Assembly (NCBI GenBank): GCA_043827025.1
Contig: JBDRPL010000026.1
Location: 1-45,594 of the forward strand
From: Candidatus Micrarchaeota archaeon
Lineage (GTDB): Archaea; Micrarchaeota; Micrarchaeia; Anstonellales; Bilamarchaeaceae
Reading direction: 5' to 3'
DNA length: 45,594 nt
The notes under the pieces are model-generated. The model was not told the DNA's origin and did not search any database. It worked only from the letters and a program-made list of their open reading frames with translations. The stretch's first letter is position 1, and each line of letters opens with the position of its first letter. The translations under genes and the position numbers were made by a program. Shown here piece by piece: positions 16,151 to 26,579 of the stretch.

Positions 16151-18718
16151 ATGAGGCGATTAAAAAAACAACAGTCAGTCCGAGGAACATCGGTTGGAAT
16201 CACCACCATGTTAGCCCGAGCCACATTCTTTGCATTCACACCACTCCTTTCAATAATAGCACCAATTCACACAGGAGGAGAACCTATGGTTAGACAAGCA
16301 TCAGCAGACATGGTCGAATCACTTGCAGGAACAGCAGTTTCATTAGTGCAATTACAGGCTGCAAAGGTCCAATTAACAAAACTCAAGACATACGCAGAAG
16401 GAAGAATCAGCGAACATGACACACCAGAAAATTATGTAGTTCTTGATGCTGCAGAATTAAAGCCTCTTTTTGGAGCGCTTAATACACTTGGAATTCTCCC
16501 TGTGAAATCGCTTCCTGCTGATGAGGCTACAAAATACCTGCAGGATTTGCTTATCAAAGATAAAAAACTTGATGGCAAAAAACTTGAATTCGAAATGGCA
16601 GGAATCTCTTTAACGAGATATGGAAAAATGAACCTACTCACAATAGATGCACTTGATACGTATCTTGAGCAGATGAGAACTGATGTCGAGAGAGCAAATG
16701 GACTGGTAGGGGGAACAAACAATGACCAAGTTCTTGAGGGTGTTGACACTTTTCTGAAATACGGGCTTGTGGACGATGCAAAGCAAGCTGCAACTCAAAA
16801 ACCAGCACTTGATACAAAGATTAATGCCAAAATTACTAGTTATTATCAAACAGTTTCAAAACAAATAGGAATTTATAGTTCACCTGCTTACGCCCAACGG
16901 GTACAAAAGGAAACGGAACAGGAGCTAAGAAGAATCGAGCCTTTCAATGTTACTGATGCATTTACTAGCGAACTTGCACAACTTCAAGGATTGGCAGAAA
17001 GCAGATTGCCACTACCAACAGTAGCCCCTCAACAGATCACAAATCTAAACAAACTATGCACTGGACTGGGAATAGCTCCATTGATAGAAGGTGCTGATTC
17101 TAAGGGAATAACTGCAAAAATCGCAGAAATACGAAGCAAAATCCTTAGAGATGCAGAAACTCTTGCAGAGAATCCTAAGGTAGGGACTGCAGGAAGAAAT
17201 GAGTATAGTAATTTAACGCGTTCGCTGCAAATGCTTCTTGAAGGCGAAGGGACGAGAAGGGCATGGATTGCCCAGAGCCCGCCCCCTGCAGCATTGCAAA
17301 ATACAAGAAATGTGGCCAGATACTTAAGTCTTCTTGATAAACTAAGAGCAACATACGTCCAAAAGGCAAATACTGCGATTGCTAAAGCAACAAGCGCAGA
17401 GGAAAAAAAGGTACTGCTGGCAAAACAAGAAATAACAAAAGCAAATGGCTTGTTGCAGGGCCTTGATAAAGGATATGAGACACTAGTATTTCCTGGAAGA
17501 GAAAAAGGAGATTTAGCATCACAAAAGGCTCTTATTAAACTCCGAGAAGCAGGAGGAAAATTCACTGATAAGTATATTCAAGATCATCGAGAGATCGTGA
17601 TGACTGAAATCAAGCAATGGGAAAAAGATATTAAAACACAATTCAAAACTGCCATGGACGAAGATGGGGCAAGGGTAAAGGCTTACACCCTAGTAGTGAG
17701 TGACGTGGTCGGCAGGATAAAAACACTGGATAGGGGAGCAAAGGTGGATTCTGCAAACATTAAGGGTGCATTAGAAGACTTGAAAACAAAGAAAATACTT
17801 GCACGAACTGACAACACCTTAAGAGCTATGCAAGAATTGACCGGAGAAATAATTAAAAGTGCTGAGATACTAAAAATAAGTGAAAAAAAGGGGGGCAAAG
17901 CAGCAGAAACTGCATTGAAAAGAGAGATAACTGACAAGATTAGTAGCGCAATCGCAGCAGATAGGCAGAAAGAAACTCCTCTCCAAGCACTAAGAACCAA
18001 AGTCCTCGAAGAGATAAATTCAAAAATCGAGATAATAAAAAGTGCACCGAAAGAGGGGACCATCAGAGTAACCGACGTAATACTATCTCCAACATATACC
18101 TGGCTCATGGCGAATGTAAAGGTTAATGACACCACCACCCTAACAGAACTTGAGACATATCTAACAAAACTTGCACCTAATGGGGAACTAACAGTAGAAT
18201 TCGAAAGGAAACTAGAGGAAGAAAGGGCAGCAGTAACAGGAGAAAGAGAGGCTGCGCTGAAGAGCCAGGAATTTGCAACACTGCGCCCAATTATAGACGC
18301 ATCAAAGGTTGTTTATTTAGATGCAACAGGTTTTGATCCTGAAGCAGGAACTATTGTTTTCAGCACAGGAACTGCCCAGGAAAAAGAGATGGAAACGTAT
18401 TATATGTACGTTTACGAACAAATGGGAGATGGGACTTACCTTGTGTTGAATCCGGATGAAAGGCAACGGGACGAGGGAAAAAGATACATTGGAATTGTAA
18501 ATCCGCTTACAAGAAAAATAGAAGAAGTTGAATACAAAAACGGGAAAAAGAAGAGTAATGGAAATGTGCTTGCAGACATAGATCCCGTAGGGCTTGGAAT
18601 CGTTTCAATGGAAAAGACAAACACTAAAATTTTATTTGAAAGTGAAAAGCCGATTTTTAAGTTGGGAATCCAATTAAAAACAGGAAGCGAAGCATACGGA
18701 TTTGGATTAAAAAAATAG
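16151..18718 (+). CDS. Large exported, mostly helical/coiled-coil hypothetical protein (855 aa)
   Basis: GAGGT RBS; basic N-terminus, hydrophobic stretch and ASA|D site; K/E/A/L-rich helices; beta-rich C-terminal ~150 aa. Confidence 0.8.
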   Translation: MRRLKKQQSVRGTSVGITTMLARATFFAFTPLLSIIAPIHTGGEPMVRQASADMVESLAGTAVSLVQLQAAKVQLTKLKTYAEGRISEHDTPENYVVLDAAELKPLFGALNTLGILPVKSLPADEATKYLQDLLIKDKKLDGKKLEFEMAGISLTRYGKMNLLTIDALDTYLEQMRTDVERANGLVGGTNNDQVLEGVDTFLKYGLVDDAKQAATQKPALDTKINAKITSYYQTVSKQIGIYSSPAYAQRVQKETEQELRRIEPFNVTDAFTSELAQLQGLAESRLPLPTVAPQQITNLNKLCTGLGIAPLIEGADSKGITAKIAEIRSKILRDAETLAENPKVGTAGRNEYSNLTRSLQMLLEGEGTRRAWIAQSPPPAALQNTRNVARYLSLLDKLRATYVQKANTAIAKATSAEEKKVLLAKQEITKANGLLQGLDKGYETLVFPGREKGDLASQKALIKLREAGGKFTDKYIQDHREIVMTEIKQWEKDIKTQFKTAMDEDGARVKAYTLVVSDVVGRIKTLDRGAKVDSANIKGALEDLKTKKILARTDNTLRAMQELTGEIIKSAEILKISEKKGGKAAETALKREITDKISSAIAADRQKETPLQALRTKVLEEINSKIEIIKSAPKEGTIRVTDVILSPTYTWLMANVKVNDTTTLTELETYLTKLAPNGELTVEFERKLEEERAAVTGEREAALKSQEFATLRPIIDASKVVYLDATGFDPEAGTIVFSTGTAQEKEMETYYMYVYEQMGDGTYLVLNPDERQRDEGKRYIGIVNPLTRKIEEVEYKNGKKKSNGNVLADIDPVGLGIVSMEKTNTKILFESEKPIFKLGIQLKTGSEAYGFGLKK

Positions 18719-18742
18719 GTGTAGAATTGAAGGTAGACAGAT

Positions 18743-20842
18743 ATGAAACTGGGAAGGAAAACGGATCAGGCACAAACAGGATTCAAACGCATTGTTACAA
18801 AATGTGTTTCCCTAGGAGCAAAGCTTTGCTTAACCAGTTTTCTGCTTCCACCTGCAATGGCAATATCCAAAGAAGCTTCTGCCCAACCAACAATTCAAGA
18901 AGGTGAAGATATGGCCCAAAAACAACTCGAAACTGTGACAACTGTTCCCGAAGCAGTAGATGCATTAAGAAGGATATCTGAAAATCTAAGTCCTATAATT
19001 TCCCTTGAAACACAAGAAAAAAGAGATCTTAAAACTGCAACAGCCCTGTTAGGAAAAGAATTAGGAAAGGGAGTTGACGAAACCAAGATAATGCCTTCCC
19101 AGAGAATCGCAATCTACATGTACGCAAAGAAATTGCAGGACCATGATGAAACACGAACAGCAGGAAATCAGCTTATCGGGAGCATACCCATAACAAGCGC
19201 TGCACAATACCTTATAACATCACTTGCACAAAAAGCAAGATACAGTGAAGAGGACAAAACACTTTTGAGATTTGCACTGGATAGGGGTTTATCCCTGCTA
19301 AAAGAAGGGAAAAAAAGAGAATTAGAATCTAATTTTCCAGGCAGGGCAAAAGTGGAATTACATGCAAAACTAAGAATGATACATGATAGAGATTTTGCAA
19401 TGGGCAACATGATAAAACCTTACATTATAGGATTGGAAAAAGCAATGGAAGGCGAAGCTACCATCAGCAGAATCCCGATAAGGATAGACACCGGAATTAC
19501 AGTCACGCAAACTGCATTCTCGGAGCAACACCAGATAATCAGATTCTTGGGGACAAACGAGCAGAGAGTAGAAAGGTCAATAGAACCGCCAGCAACACTG
19601 ATTTCTTTAATAGGAGATGAAGAAACAGCAAAAAAACTTGCAGGCAGCTACATAGATGGAGTGTATGCAGAGTCCCAGGGAAATGTAAATGATGCTAAAA
19701 GATATGGGGCTGAGGTTGCAAGGATATTTCGCGAGAATTCATCAAAAATATTGGATGATTATTGCGGAGGACTTGGGTGTAGAACTCCAGAGCAAAAAAG
19801 ATCAGCACAAACAAAGCTTGATGATGTTTTGAAAAAATTAGAGGCAGGGCAAATAAGCGGAGGAATTGAAGGGCTTCCGATTGGCCCTCTTAAATCAGAA
19901 CTTGGAAAGACAAAAGAAGAAACAGTAATTATAGATGTGGAAAAGGGAAGTGCATTGTTCTTTGCACTGGACACTGCAATCGTAATGAAACTCGAAGGAC
20001 TGGACAAAGTCGAGGAATGGCTTAATGGAAGAAATGCAGATCCCAAGCCATTAGGTTTGATGATCAGTGAGTTAGGGCTGGTTTATTACCGCAGCCTCCT
20101 GTTATATACTGAAACCGAGAAAATAGGCAAGCGTGTTATAGGTACGGAGCAAAAAAGCGCAACCATCTCTCAGAGGCTCGGAGCTTCAGCCTCATTCGCC
20201 AAAGGCTTGGGAAAAACAGTCACAATACTGGGAAAACTTATTGTAGACAATGAACGTTCAACCATTTGGTTTACCCCATATATAAAACCAGACGTTGATT
20301 CTATTGCAAAGTCATTGAAAATAAAGGGCTTATTTGGAATACCTGCTTTGGCATTGGAATTCGAAGGCTTAGAACTTAGGTCAGAATCATTACAAAAAAG
20401 AGTGCCTGGCCTTAGGAACTGGATAAAACTGCAGGACACAAATAAACAACTGGTCATGCCTCCAGAAGACATAGGAGTATCTTTGTTCGGATCAATCTCA
20501 TACAACCTAGGCGGAGGCCAGACATTAAAATTCACTGCAGCACCTGTTTACTCATTGACAGTAGGCGGAAATGAGTATGACACTGTACACAAGTATGGAG
20601 TCGCAGGGATTCTAAGATATGGAACCATTTCAAACAATTTCCAACTGGCCCTGGATACAAAGGTAGCAATAACACGCGTAAGCACATGGCTGGGATTAGG
20701 AATATCCGGAGATGTCAAAGACCTTGTCAGGGCTGGGATAGAACTCGGTGCATTTAAAGGAACAGGAGAATTAGGAAAAGGACTTGGCTCAGACCTTGGA
20801 TGGATACCTGCCCTGAACCTACGAGTAGAGGGGAGGTTTTGA
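18743..20842 (+). CDS. Exported hypothetical protein with a C-terminal beta-barrel-like region
   Basis: Long signal ending ASA|Q; amphipathic strands in the last ~250 aa; ends LNLRVEGRF. Confidence 0.8.
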   Translation: MKLGRKTDQAQTGFKRIVTKCVSLGAKLCLTSFLLPPAMAISKEASAQPTIQEGEDMAQKQLETVTTVPEAVDALRRISENLSPIISLETQEKRDLKTATALLGKELGKGVDETKIMPSQRIAIYMYAKKLQDHDETRTAGNQLIGSIPITSAAQYLITSLAQKARYSEEDKTLLRFALDRGLSLLKEGKKRELESNFPGRAKVELHAKLRMIHDRDFAMGNMIKPYIIGLEKAMEGEATISRIPIRIDTGITVTQTAFSEQHQIIRFLGTNEQRVERSIEPPATLISLIGDEETAKKLAGSYIDGVYAESQGNVNDAKRYGAEVARIFRENSSKILDDYCGGLGCRTPEQKRSAQTKLDDVLKKLEAGQISGGIEGLPIGPLKSELGKTKEETVIIDVEKGSALFFALDTAIVMKLEGLDKVEEWLNGRNADPKPLGLMISELGLVYYRSLLLYTETEKIGKRVIGTEQKSATISQRLGASASFAKGLGKTVTILGKLIVDNERSTIWFTPYIKPDVDSIAKSLKIKGLFGIPALALEFEGLELRSESLQKRVPGLRNWIKLQDTNKQLVMPPEDIGVSLFGSISYNLGGGQTLKFTAAPVYSLTVGGNEYDTVHKYGVAGILRYGTISNNFQLALDTKVAITRVSTWLGLGISGDVKDLVRAGIELGAFKGTGELGKGLGSDLGWIPALNLRVEGRF

Positions 20843-20847
20843 TTCTT

Positions 20848-23685
20848 ATGAAAAAAATATATTTTTTATTGGCTTTGTGCCTGCTTGGATTCAGTGCAAC
20901 CACTAACTTATTGACAATGGATGTCACTGGAAGCGCAGGAAGGGAATATGGCTATCTGAGAACAGACCTTAATTTTGAAATGAATTTCAATACGAATGGA
21001 AATGATTTCTGCACAGGCCAAACTATTACAATAACCCCGACATATAACGGCATATGGCCCAAAACACAGGGGAATTTCGAGGCTTTTGGAGTGTATCGTG
21101 AATGCAGGGTAAGGACCGATCCTGGTAGGGACTGCCCGGATGATCCAATAGATTATAATACGATAAACCTGAATCAGAGAACTCAATGGCTTTCAAGGGA
21201 AGATTTTGATTTTATAATAAACATGCCAAGAGAATACCTCCTGGAACAGGTTGACCTCCTCAGTGGATTGTCCAGCCAAAAAGTCAGATACAGGCAATAT
21301 GAAAATGTGTTTTATCTTGATAAGCTTGGAGGGGTCGGAGTTTTCTGCGATGCAGATGCAGAGATAAAAATAACCCAGCCAAATGGAAATCAAATGACAT
21401 TGTTTAGCGGTCCTGTAGCAAGCATGGGAAGTAGAAATTTTGTTCCGAACCTGGCAGGAACATACACGATAAGAACAGAAGTTAGGAACATAAGATGTTT
21501 TGGAGTAATTGAAAAGAGGCCAACAGACGATGGTTATTACTGGATGAACATTTTCAGGGTCAATCTTTTTAGATATGCCGGGTCACTGACAGAAACCAAA
21601 ACTGTAACTGTGCAATCCGTCAGCCCAAACATGAACCTTATCGTAACAGCACCTCCTGAAAACACTGTGTTTCCCCTTGATGACAACAATCAGGCATTCA
21701 TGAGAGTAACAGTTAGAAATAACGGCGAATTACCTGTGACTGTCAATGATGTCATGGTGGCTGATCCTTCTTTTGACATCGCTCCTGCATCAAGATCATG
21801 CGCATTAGTAGGAATATGCGAACCAATGCTTGATGACGGATTCGGCGACATAATAAACGCAGGACAGACAAAGGAGCTTCTGATGTATGCTGAAAGTACG
21901 CTCTGTTCTCCTGGAAGGCAGACGAATCTTGCCATTTTATTCCCTTATTCAACAAGCCAGGCAGTATGCGGCGTAGTGCCTAATCCTGCCAATGCAATAA
22001 TAAGATACAGCATGCTGTGCACTGGCGGATTATGCCAAATCAACAGCGACTGCCCAGAGCAGGAAGTCTGCTGGGAAGGAGAATGCAAAGGCTTTGAAAT
22101 TGATGTCACACCTGATGAGGCAAACGCAGGGCCAGGCGGAGAGGTCATTGACTTCGAAGCGATGTGCACCATTGAAGGGGAACTCCCAGTGCCATGCAGC
22201 GAGATTTTGGATGACGGGGAACATATAGAATGGTGGTATGATTCTAATGATGGCGCTACCGTCATAATTTGGGGAGACGACGATGGGGCGACTGTCACAA
22301 CAACTAATGACGAAGGCACTGTTCAGATACATGCAGGCATAAGGGATAATGAAGATACGGCTACCTTAGAGATTAGTTATAATGGCTTTGGGCTTGTTCT
22401 TGAGCCTGAAGAGGCCACAATATTCGAAGATGAAACGCAACAATACACATTGACCTGTTATAATGACGTACTTACAAGGAATGAACCTGTTGGCTGCGGC
22501 ACTGGCAACCCAATAACCTGGAATTCAAACGGCCCTATAACCTTAAGCGGAAGGTCAAGCCAAGGCATAACTGCAACTGGAAATGACGTGGGACAGGCAA
22601 CAATAAGAGCCTCGAAAACAATAGTTTCATTTGTAGATGGAAGGCCGATCACTAGAACCTACAGCGATACTGCGACACTTACTATTATAGAAAATCCAAA
22701 TGGTTATGGAATAGACATCACGCCAGATTCAAGCCAAATTGGGCTTAGTGAAACCCAGGTTTATGTTGCAACATGCTACAATGACATTAGAACCAAACTC
22801 CAGCCAGTTCCTTGTGGAATGACAACATGGACTCAGGCGCCAGGTGGGCTCGTAATATTTGACAATCCTACAAACGAAGGGGCAAATGTAACTGCAATTG
22901 CAGAAGGGCAGGCAGAAATAACGGCCTCAACGGTTCTGAGAACAGTAGTCGATGGAGTAAAAATAACAACAATTTACACAGACACCTCTGATCTTACCAT
23001 AGGCCCTGCTGTAAAAACATGCACTGTTGACAAAATAAACAGTACGGGGTGGACTGAACAATATGGCATAACCTGCAGGTTTGGCGGGCCGATAGTCGAT
23101 TGTGGAGTAGTCGTATGGAGTGCAGAGGGTGGTCAGATAATTGCACAAAATAACGATGAGATTTTACTGGCATTGAACCCACCAGCAGGAGATGAAGAAA
23201 GCATAATCGTAATAGTGACTGCAAATGCTGAAGGCGACGTAACTTGTTCATCCGAGGAAGAGCTATGGTCGAGATGCATAGGTGAAGACTGCCAGCGCGG
23301 AGAGGAAGGGCCTGAAATAACATTCGACCATGACGAACTGCCAGACAAGGAAGATGACAACTGCATAATCCGAGGGCCATCTGTACTTAATGCAGGTGGA
23401 ACATACAGCTATTTCATAACCTGTGACCATCCAAACGGATGCGGCCCTGTAACATGGAATGTCAAGGACAGGGAATATTTTGAAGGCATCGTAAGGATAA
23501 GGGACTTTGACAACAAGCACATAACCCTCACAGTAAAGGACGACGAAGCAATGAAGCAATTAATAGCTCTAGGAAACCTAATGACCCTGATAAGCGGAAA
23601 GAACCAGAATGCCGGAGCTGAATTCAGATTCTATTGTTCAGTAGAGCCAAAGCTCGTACCCTATATCTGTACAGACCTAACTTAA
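20848..23685 (+). CDS. Secreted Cys-rich multi-Ig-like (Big_2-like) surface protein
   Basis: Signal MKKIYFLLALCLLGFSA; repeated 'I-D-x-TP..A...C...PV-x-C...W' modules; GGAGG RBS. Confidence 0.8.
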   Translation: MKKIYFLLALCLLGFSATTNLLTMDVTGSAGREYGYLRTDLNFEMNFNTNGNDFCTGQTITITPTYNGIWPKTQGNFEAFGVYRECRVRTDPGRDCPDDPIDYNTINLNQRTQWLSREDFDFIINMPREYLLEQVDLLSGLSSQKVRYRQYENVFYLDKLGGVGVFCDADAEIKITQPNGNQMTLFSGPVASMGSRNFVPNLAGTYTIRTEVRNIRCFGVIEKRPTDDGYYWMNIFRVNLFRYAGSLTETKTVTVQSVSPNMNLIVTAPPENTVFPLDDNNQAFMRVTVRNNGELPVTVNDVMVADPSFDIAPASRSCALVGICEPMLDDGFGDIINAGQTKELLMYAESTLCSPGRQTNLAILFPYSTSQAVCGVVPNPANAIIRYSMLCTGGLCQINSDCPEQEVCWEGECKGFEIDVTPDEANAGPGGEVIDFEAMCTIEGELPVPCSEILDDGEHIEWWYDSNDGATVIIWGDDDGATVTTTNDEGTVQIHAGIRDNEDTATLEISYNGFGLVLEPEEATIFEDETQQYTLTCYNDVLTRNEPVGCGTGNPITWNSNGPITLSGRSSQGITATGNDVGQATIRASKTIVSFVDGRPITRTYSDTATLTIIENPNGYGIDITPDSSQIGLSETQVYVATCYNDIRTKLQPVPCGMTTWTQAPGGLVIFDNPTNEGANVTAIAEGQAEITASTVLRTVVDGVKITTIYTDTSDLTIGPAVKTCTVDKINSTGWTEQYGITCRFGGPIVDCGVVVWSAEGGQIIAQNNDEILLALNPPAGDEESIIVIVTANAEGDVTCSSEEELWSRCIGEDCQRGEEGPEITFDHDELPDKEDDNCIIRGPSVLNAGGTYSYFITCDHPNGCGPVTWNVKDREYFEGIVRIRDFDNKHITLTVKDDEAMKQLIALGNLMTLISGKNQNAGAEFRFYCSVEPKLVPYICTDLT

Positions 23686-23698
23686 TCTTTCTTTTTCT

Positions 23699-24994
23699 TC
23701 AGATTTTGACGCTTTCCCCAATCCCTGGCACAATAACTTCATAATCCTTTTCAAGATTATCCTTAAGGTCAGTCTTTTCACCATGCACCAAAATAACCCG
23801 TTCAAGCCCCTTGATACTCCTAATGAACTGTAATAACTCGTTGTAATCAGCATGGCCTGATAGTTTCAGTTCATTGACTTTCATCTCGACCTTTATGGTT
23901 CTCTTTGAGCCATTGTGCCCAATCTCGACTTCCTTCTCCCCGTTAAGCAATTTACGCCCAGGAGTGTGTTCAGCCTGATAACCAACAAAGATTATCCTGT
24001 TCTTCGGGTTGGAAGCAAGCTTCTCAAGATAGAACAATGCCGGGCCACCGGTCAACATTCCTGATGTGGAAACAATGATGCAAGGCTCTGATAAAACATC
24101 CTCCCTTGTCTTTGATTTGGACTGATGAAAGAACTTGCTCTTGAAAGGATCATCCTCGCTCATCAATATCCTTCTTTTGATGTCCTCATTGGCATAAATC
24201 GCATTATGCCTGTAAATGCGCATTGTTTTGTTAATCATCCCTTCTACATATATTTTACACTGGCGAAGAGCTCCGCTCTTCATGTAATCATCAAGCGTAA
24301 GGAGAACCTCCTGTGCACGGCCAACTGCAAATGAAGGTATTAATACAGTGCCACCTGTGTCGATGGTCTCGTTGATCATCTTTATCATTTTGGAATAGGA
24401 ATCCTTGTAGCTTGGAATTACATCTTCTTTGCCACCATAAGTGCTTTCAACTATAAGAGTCTTGGCGCTGATGTCACGATCGCATGCATCCAAAACACGG
24501 GTCTTGCGCATGCATATGTCTCCAGTATAAATTATTCCGCCATGGGAATTTATTTTCAGCATAGTACTGCCTAAAATATGGCCTGCATTGTAAAGGGTGC
24601 AGTCAAAAGGCTCTTTCAGAGTATTGCCATACTCAAGCATGTTCGTAACCTTCAAAACCCGATCCACATCTTTTTGTGTGAATAGCTTCTCCTTCTGCAA
24701 CCTATGATAGTCAGGAAGAAGCACACTCAGCAAATCGCGAGTGGGCTTTGTCATGTATATGTTGGGCGAATGGCCCTTTGCATAGACATGAGGCAAATAA
24801 CCTCCATGGTCCAGATGCGCATGGCTAATGAAGATATTTTTTATCTTCGCCAATTCTTCATTTGGAATATCTGGTAACTGTACCTTTTCCCCAAGTTTTA
24901 TCCCGCAGTCTACCAGAAGGTTTTTATCCCCCTCACTGAAAAGAACTGCGCTTCGGCCTACCTCTTTGGCTCCGCCGTAAAATTTTATTTCTAT
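23699..24994 (-). CDS. MBL-fold beta-CASP ribonuclease (core like aCPSF1, no KH domains), probable ATA start
   Basis: SHAHLDH, AGHILG, ESTYGG, LSGHAD; frame stays open upstream of 24853 as IEIKFYGGAKEVGRSAVL...LVDCG. Confidence 0.9.
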   Translation of the reverse strand: MEIKFYGGAKEVGRSAVLFSEGDKNLLVDCGIKLGEKVQLPDIPNEELAKIKNIFISHAHLDHGGYLPHVYAKGHSPNIYMTKPTRDLLSVLLPDYHRLQKEKLFTQKDVDRVLKVTNMLEYGNTLKEPFDCTLYNAGHILGSTMLKINSHGGIIYTGDICMRKTRVLDACDRDISAKTLIVESTYGGKEDVIPSYKDSYSKMIKMINETIDTGGTVLIPSFAVGRAQEVLLTLDDYMKSGALRQCKIYVEGMINKTMRIYRHNAIYANEDIKRRILMSEDDPFKSKFFHQSKSKTREDVLSEPCIIVSTSGMLTGGPALFYLEKLASNPKNRIIFVGYQAEHTPGRKLLNGEKEVEIGHNGSKRTIKVEMKVNELKLSGHADYNELLQFIRSIKGLERVILVHGEKTDLKDNLEKDYEVIVPGIGESVKI

Positions 24995-25148
24995 TTAAAT
25001 CACCTAATTTTTTTATTTTATATATTAGACTACTCAATTAATAACTAAATTTGCTCAAATTGTTCAAAAGAAGCCATATAATGTTGTATTCTTGTATATC
25101 AGTATGTACCAAAAGGTTTTAGAATCTATTGTTGTAAAATATGTAATT

Positions 25149-25883
25149 ATGGGTTCATTTTTCAGAAGGGTTGTAGGAAGAGCAATCATTAAACCTCTAA
25201 AGCCTACACTTGTGCGTGAGTTAAACGAACACATCCAGACCACTCTCCCTGAGATAGGAATGGATGCGACAAGATATGCAGTAGTACTCAAGAAAATACG
25301 CCACTGGAGCCCCATGGAATCAGATCAAGATAATGTGTCTGTGGTGATAGATGCTGCCCAACATGGCTGGCTAACTACTATGGCACAAACCTACTCCTCA
25401 CCAAGCAACGTTCTTTTGGAATTCAGCCCTTTTGTTACTCTCTTAAACAGTAGGCGAAGAAATGCGATGCTGGTGCATGAAGTAGTCCATCTTTCCACGC
25501 CCCCAGGGATACAATATGATAAACATCAACAACTCGTATGCAGATCCATTTGCGAAGGCTTTGGAAGATATTATGAAGAGAGATATCTCGAAGACCACAA
25601 GCCAAGCGTATTCGAAAGAGCATATGATGTGTTGTTCAAAGCAGTTGCAAAGATAAACGAAATAACTTCAAGGATAAGCCATGCACTCTCTGGCAGGGAA
25701 TACTTTGATTATTATGCAAAAGGATGTAACTTTATCACAAGGTTCCCTGCAAAAATAAGGGCATGTGTACCAACAATAACATTCATCCACCCGCCAACAC
25801 TCGAAGAACTCAAACAACCAGGACTATATCTAGAAAGACCCGAAGTCAAAAGGGAAATAAGTATTTTCTCAAACACTGAGTAA
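25149..25883 (+). CDS. Hypothetical zincin-like metallopeptidase
   Basis: HEVVH followed by EGF (gluzincin-like third ligand) and Y-x-x-G; start set at ATG 25149. Confidence 0.6.
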   Translation: MGSFFRRVVGRAIIKPLKPTLVRELNEHIQTTLPEIGMDATRYAVVLKKIRHWSPMESDQDNVSVVIDAAQHGWLTTMAQTYSSPSNVLLEFSPFVTLLNSRRRNAMLVHEVVHLSTPPGIQYDKHQQLVCRSICEGFGRYYEERYLEDHKPSVFERAYDVLFKAVAKINEITSRISHALSGREYFDYYAKGCNFITRFPAKIRACVPTITFIHPPTLEELKQPGLYLERPEVKREISIFSNTE

Positions 25884-26579
25884 TTCTAAAACATCGTCCC
25901 TTGTCAATGTCCTTATTCTCCTATCCAAGAATTTCTCGAATTTAGCAGAATCCATCTTCTTCTTTAGGGCTGCACGAACTGTCTTGTTTTTCTGCGAAAA
26001 AAGAATGCGGATTAGGTTTTCTTGGTCTTCGGTCAGCTTTACACCTGTTGGCTCAAGCACTATGATTGCAGAATCAACCTTTGGCTTTGGAACAAATAGG
26101 TGAGCAGGAACAGTTTGAATAAGTTTCACCTTGAAGAATATCTGTGAAGTGACAGAAAGCCGGCCATAATTTGATTCATTGGGCTTTGCAACCATCTTCT
26201 CTGCGAATTCCTTCTGCACCATGAGCACAGCCTTGTCAAATTGATAATCTTTTAGCTTGAAGATGATTGGTGAAGAAATGTAATAGGGAATGTTGCCGAA
26301 AACAACATCGACTTTCGGCATTTCGTATTCGAGAAAATCTGCTTCAACAACCTCAACATCTGGAAATGTCTCTATCAGAAGTTCGATAAACTGCGTATCT
26401 TTTTCAACAACGATTAGCTTCTTCGGTTTCTTATCAAGTATCTTTTCCGTCAGCCTGCCATCTCCTGGCCCTATCTCAAGAACAATCTTTCCAGCAACAT
26501 CTGCAAGGCTCACTTCCTTCCTGAGTATATTATGGTCCTGCAAAAAGTTCTGACCCAACGACTTCTTCAGCATCAGCAC
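25869..26579 (-). CDS. ksgA: 16S rRNA m6,2A dimethyltransferase KsgA/Dim1
   Basis: GQNFL, LEIGPGDG, NIPYYISS, PKPKVDS. Confidence 0.96.
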   Translation of the reverse strand: MLMLKKSLGQNFLQDHNILRKEVSLADVAGKIVLEIGPGDGRLTEKILDKKPKKLIVVEKDTQFIELLIETFPDVEVVEADFLEYEMPKVDVVFGNIPYYISSPIIFKLKDYQFDKAVLMVQKEFAEKMVAKPNESNYGRLSVTSQIFFKVKLIQTVPAHLFVPKPKVDSAIIVLEPTGVKLTEDQENLIRILFSQKNKTVRAALKKKMDSAKFEKFLDRRIRTLTRDDVLELLSV

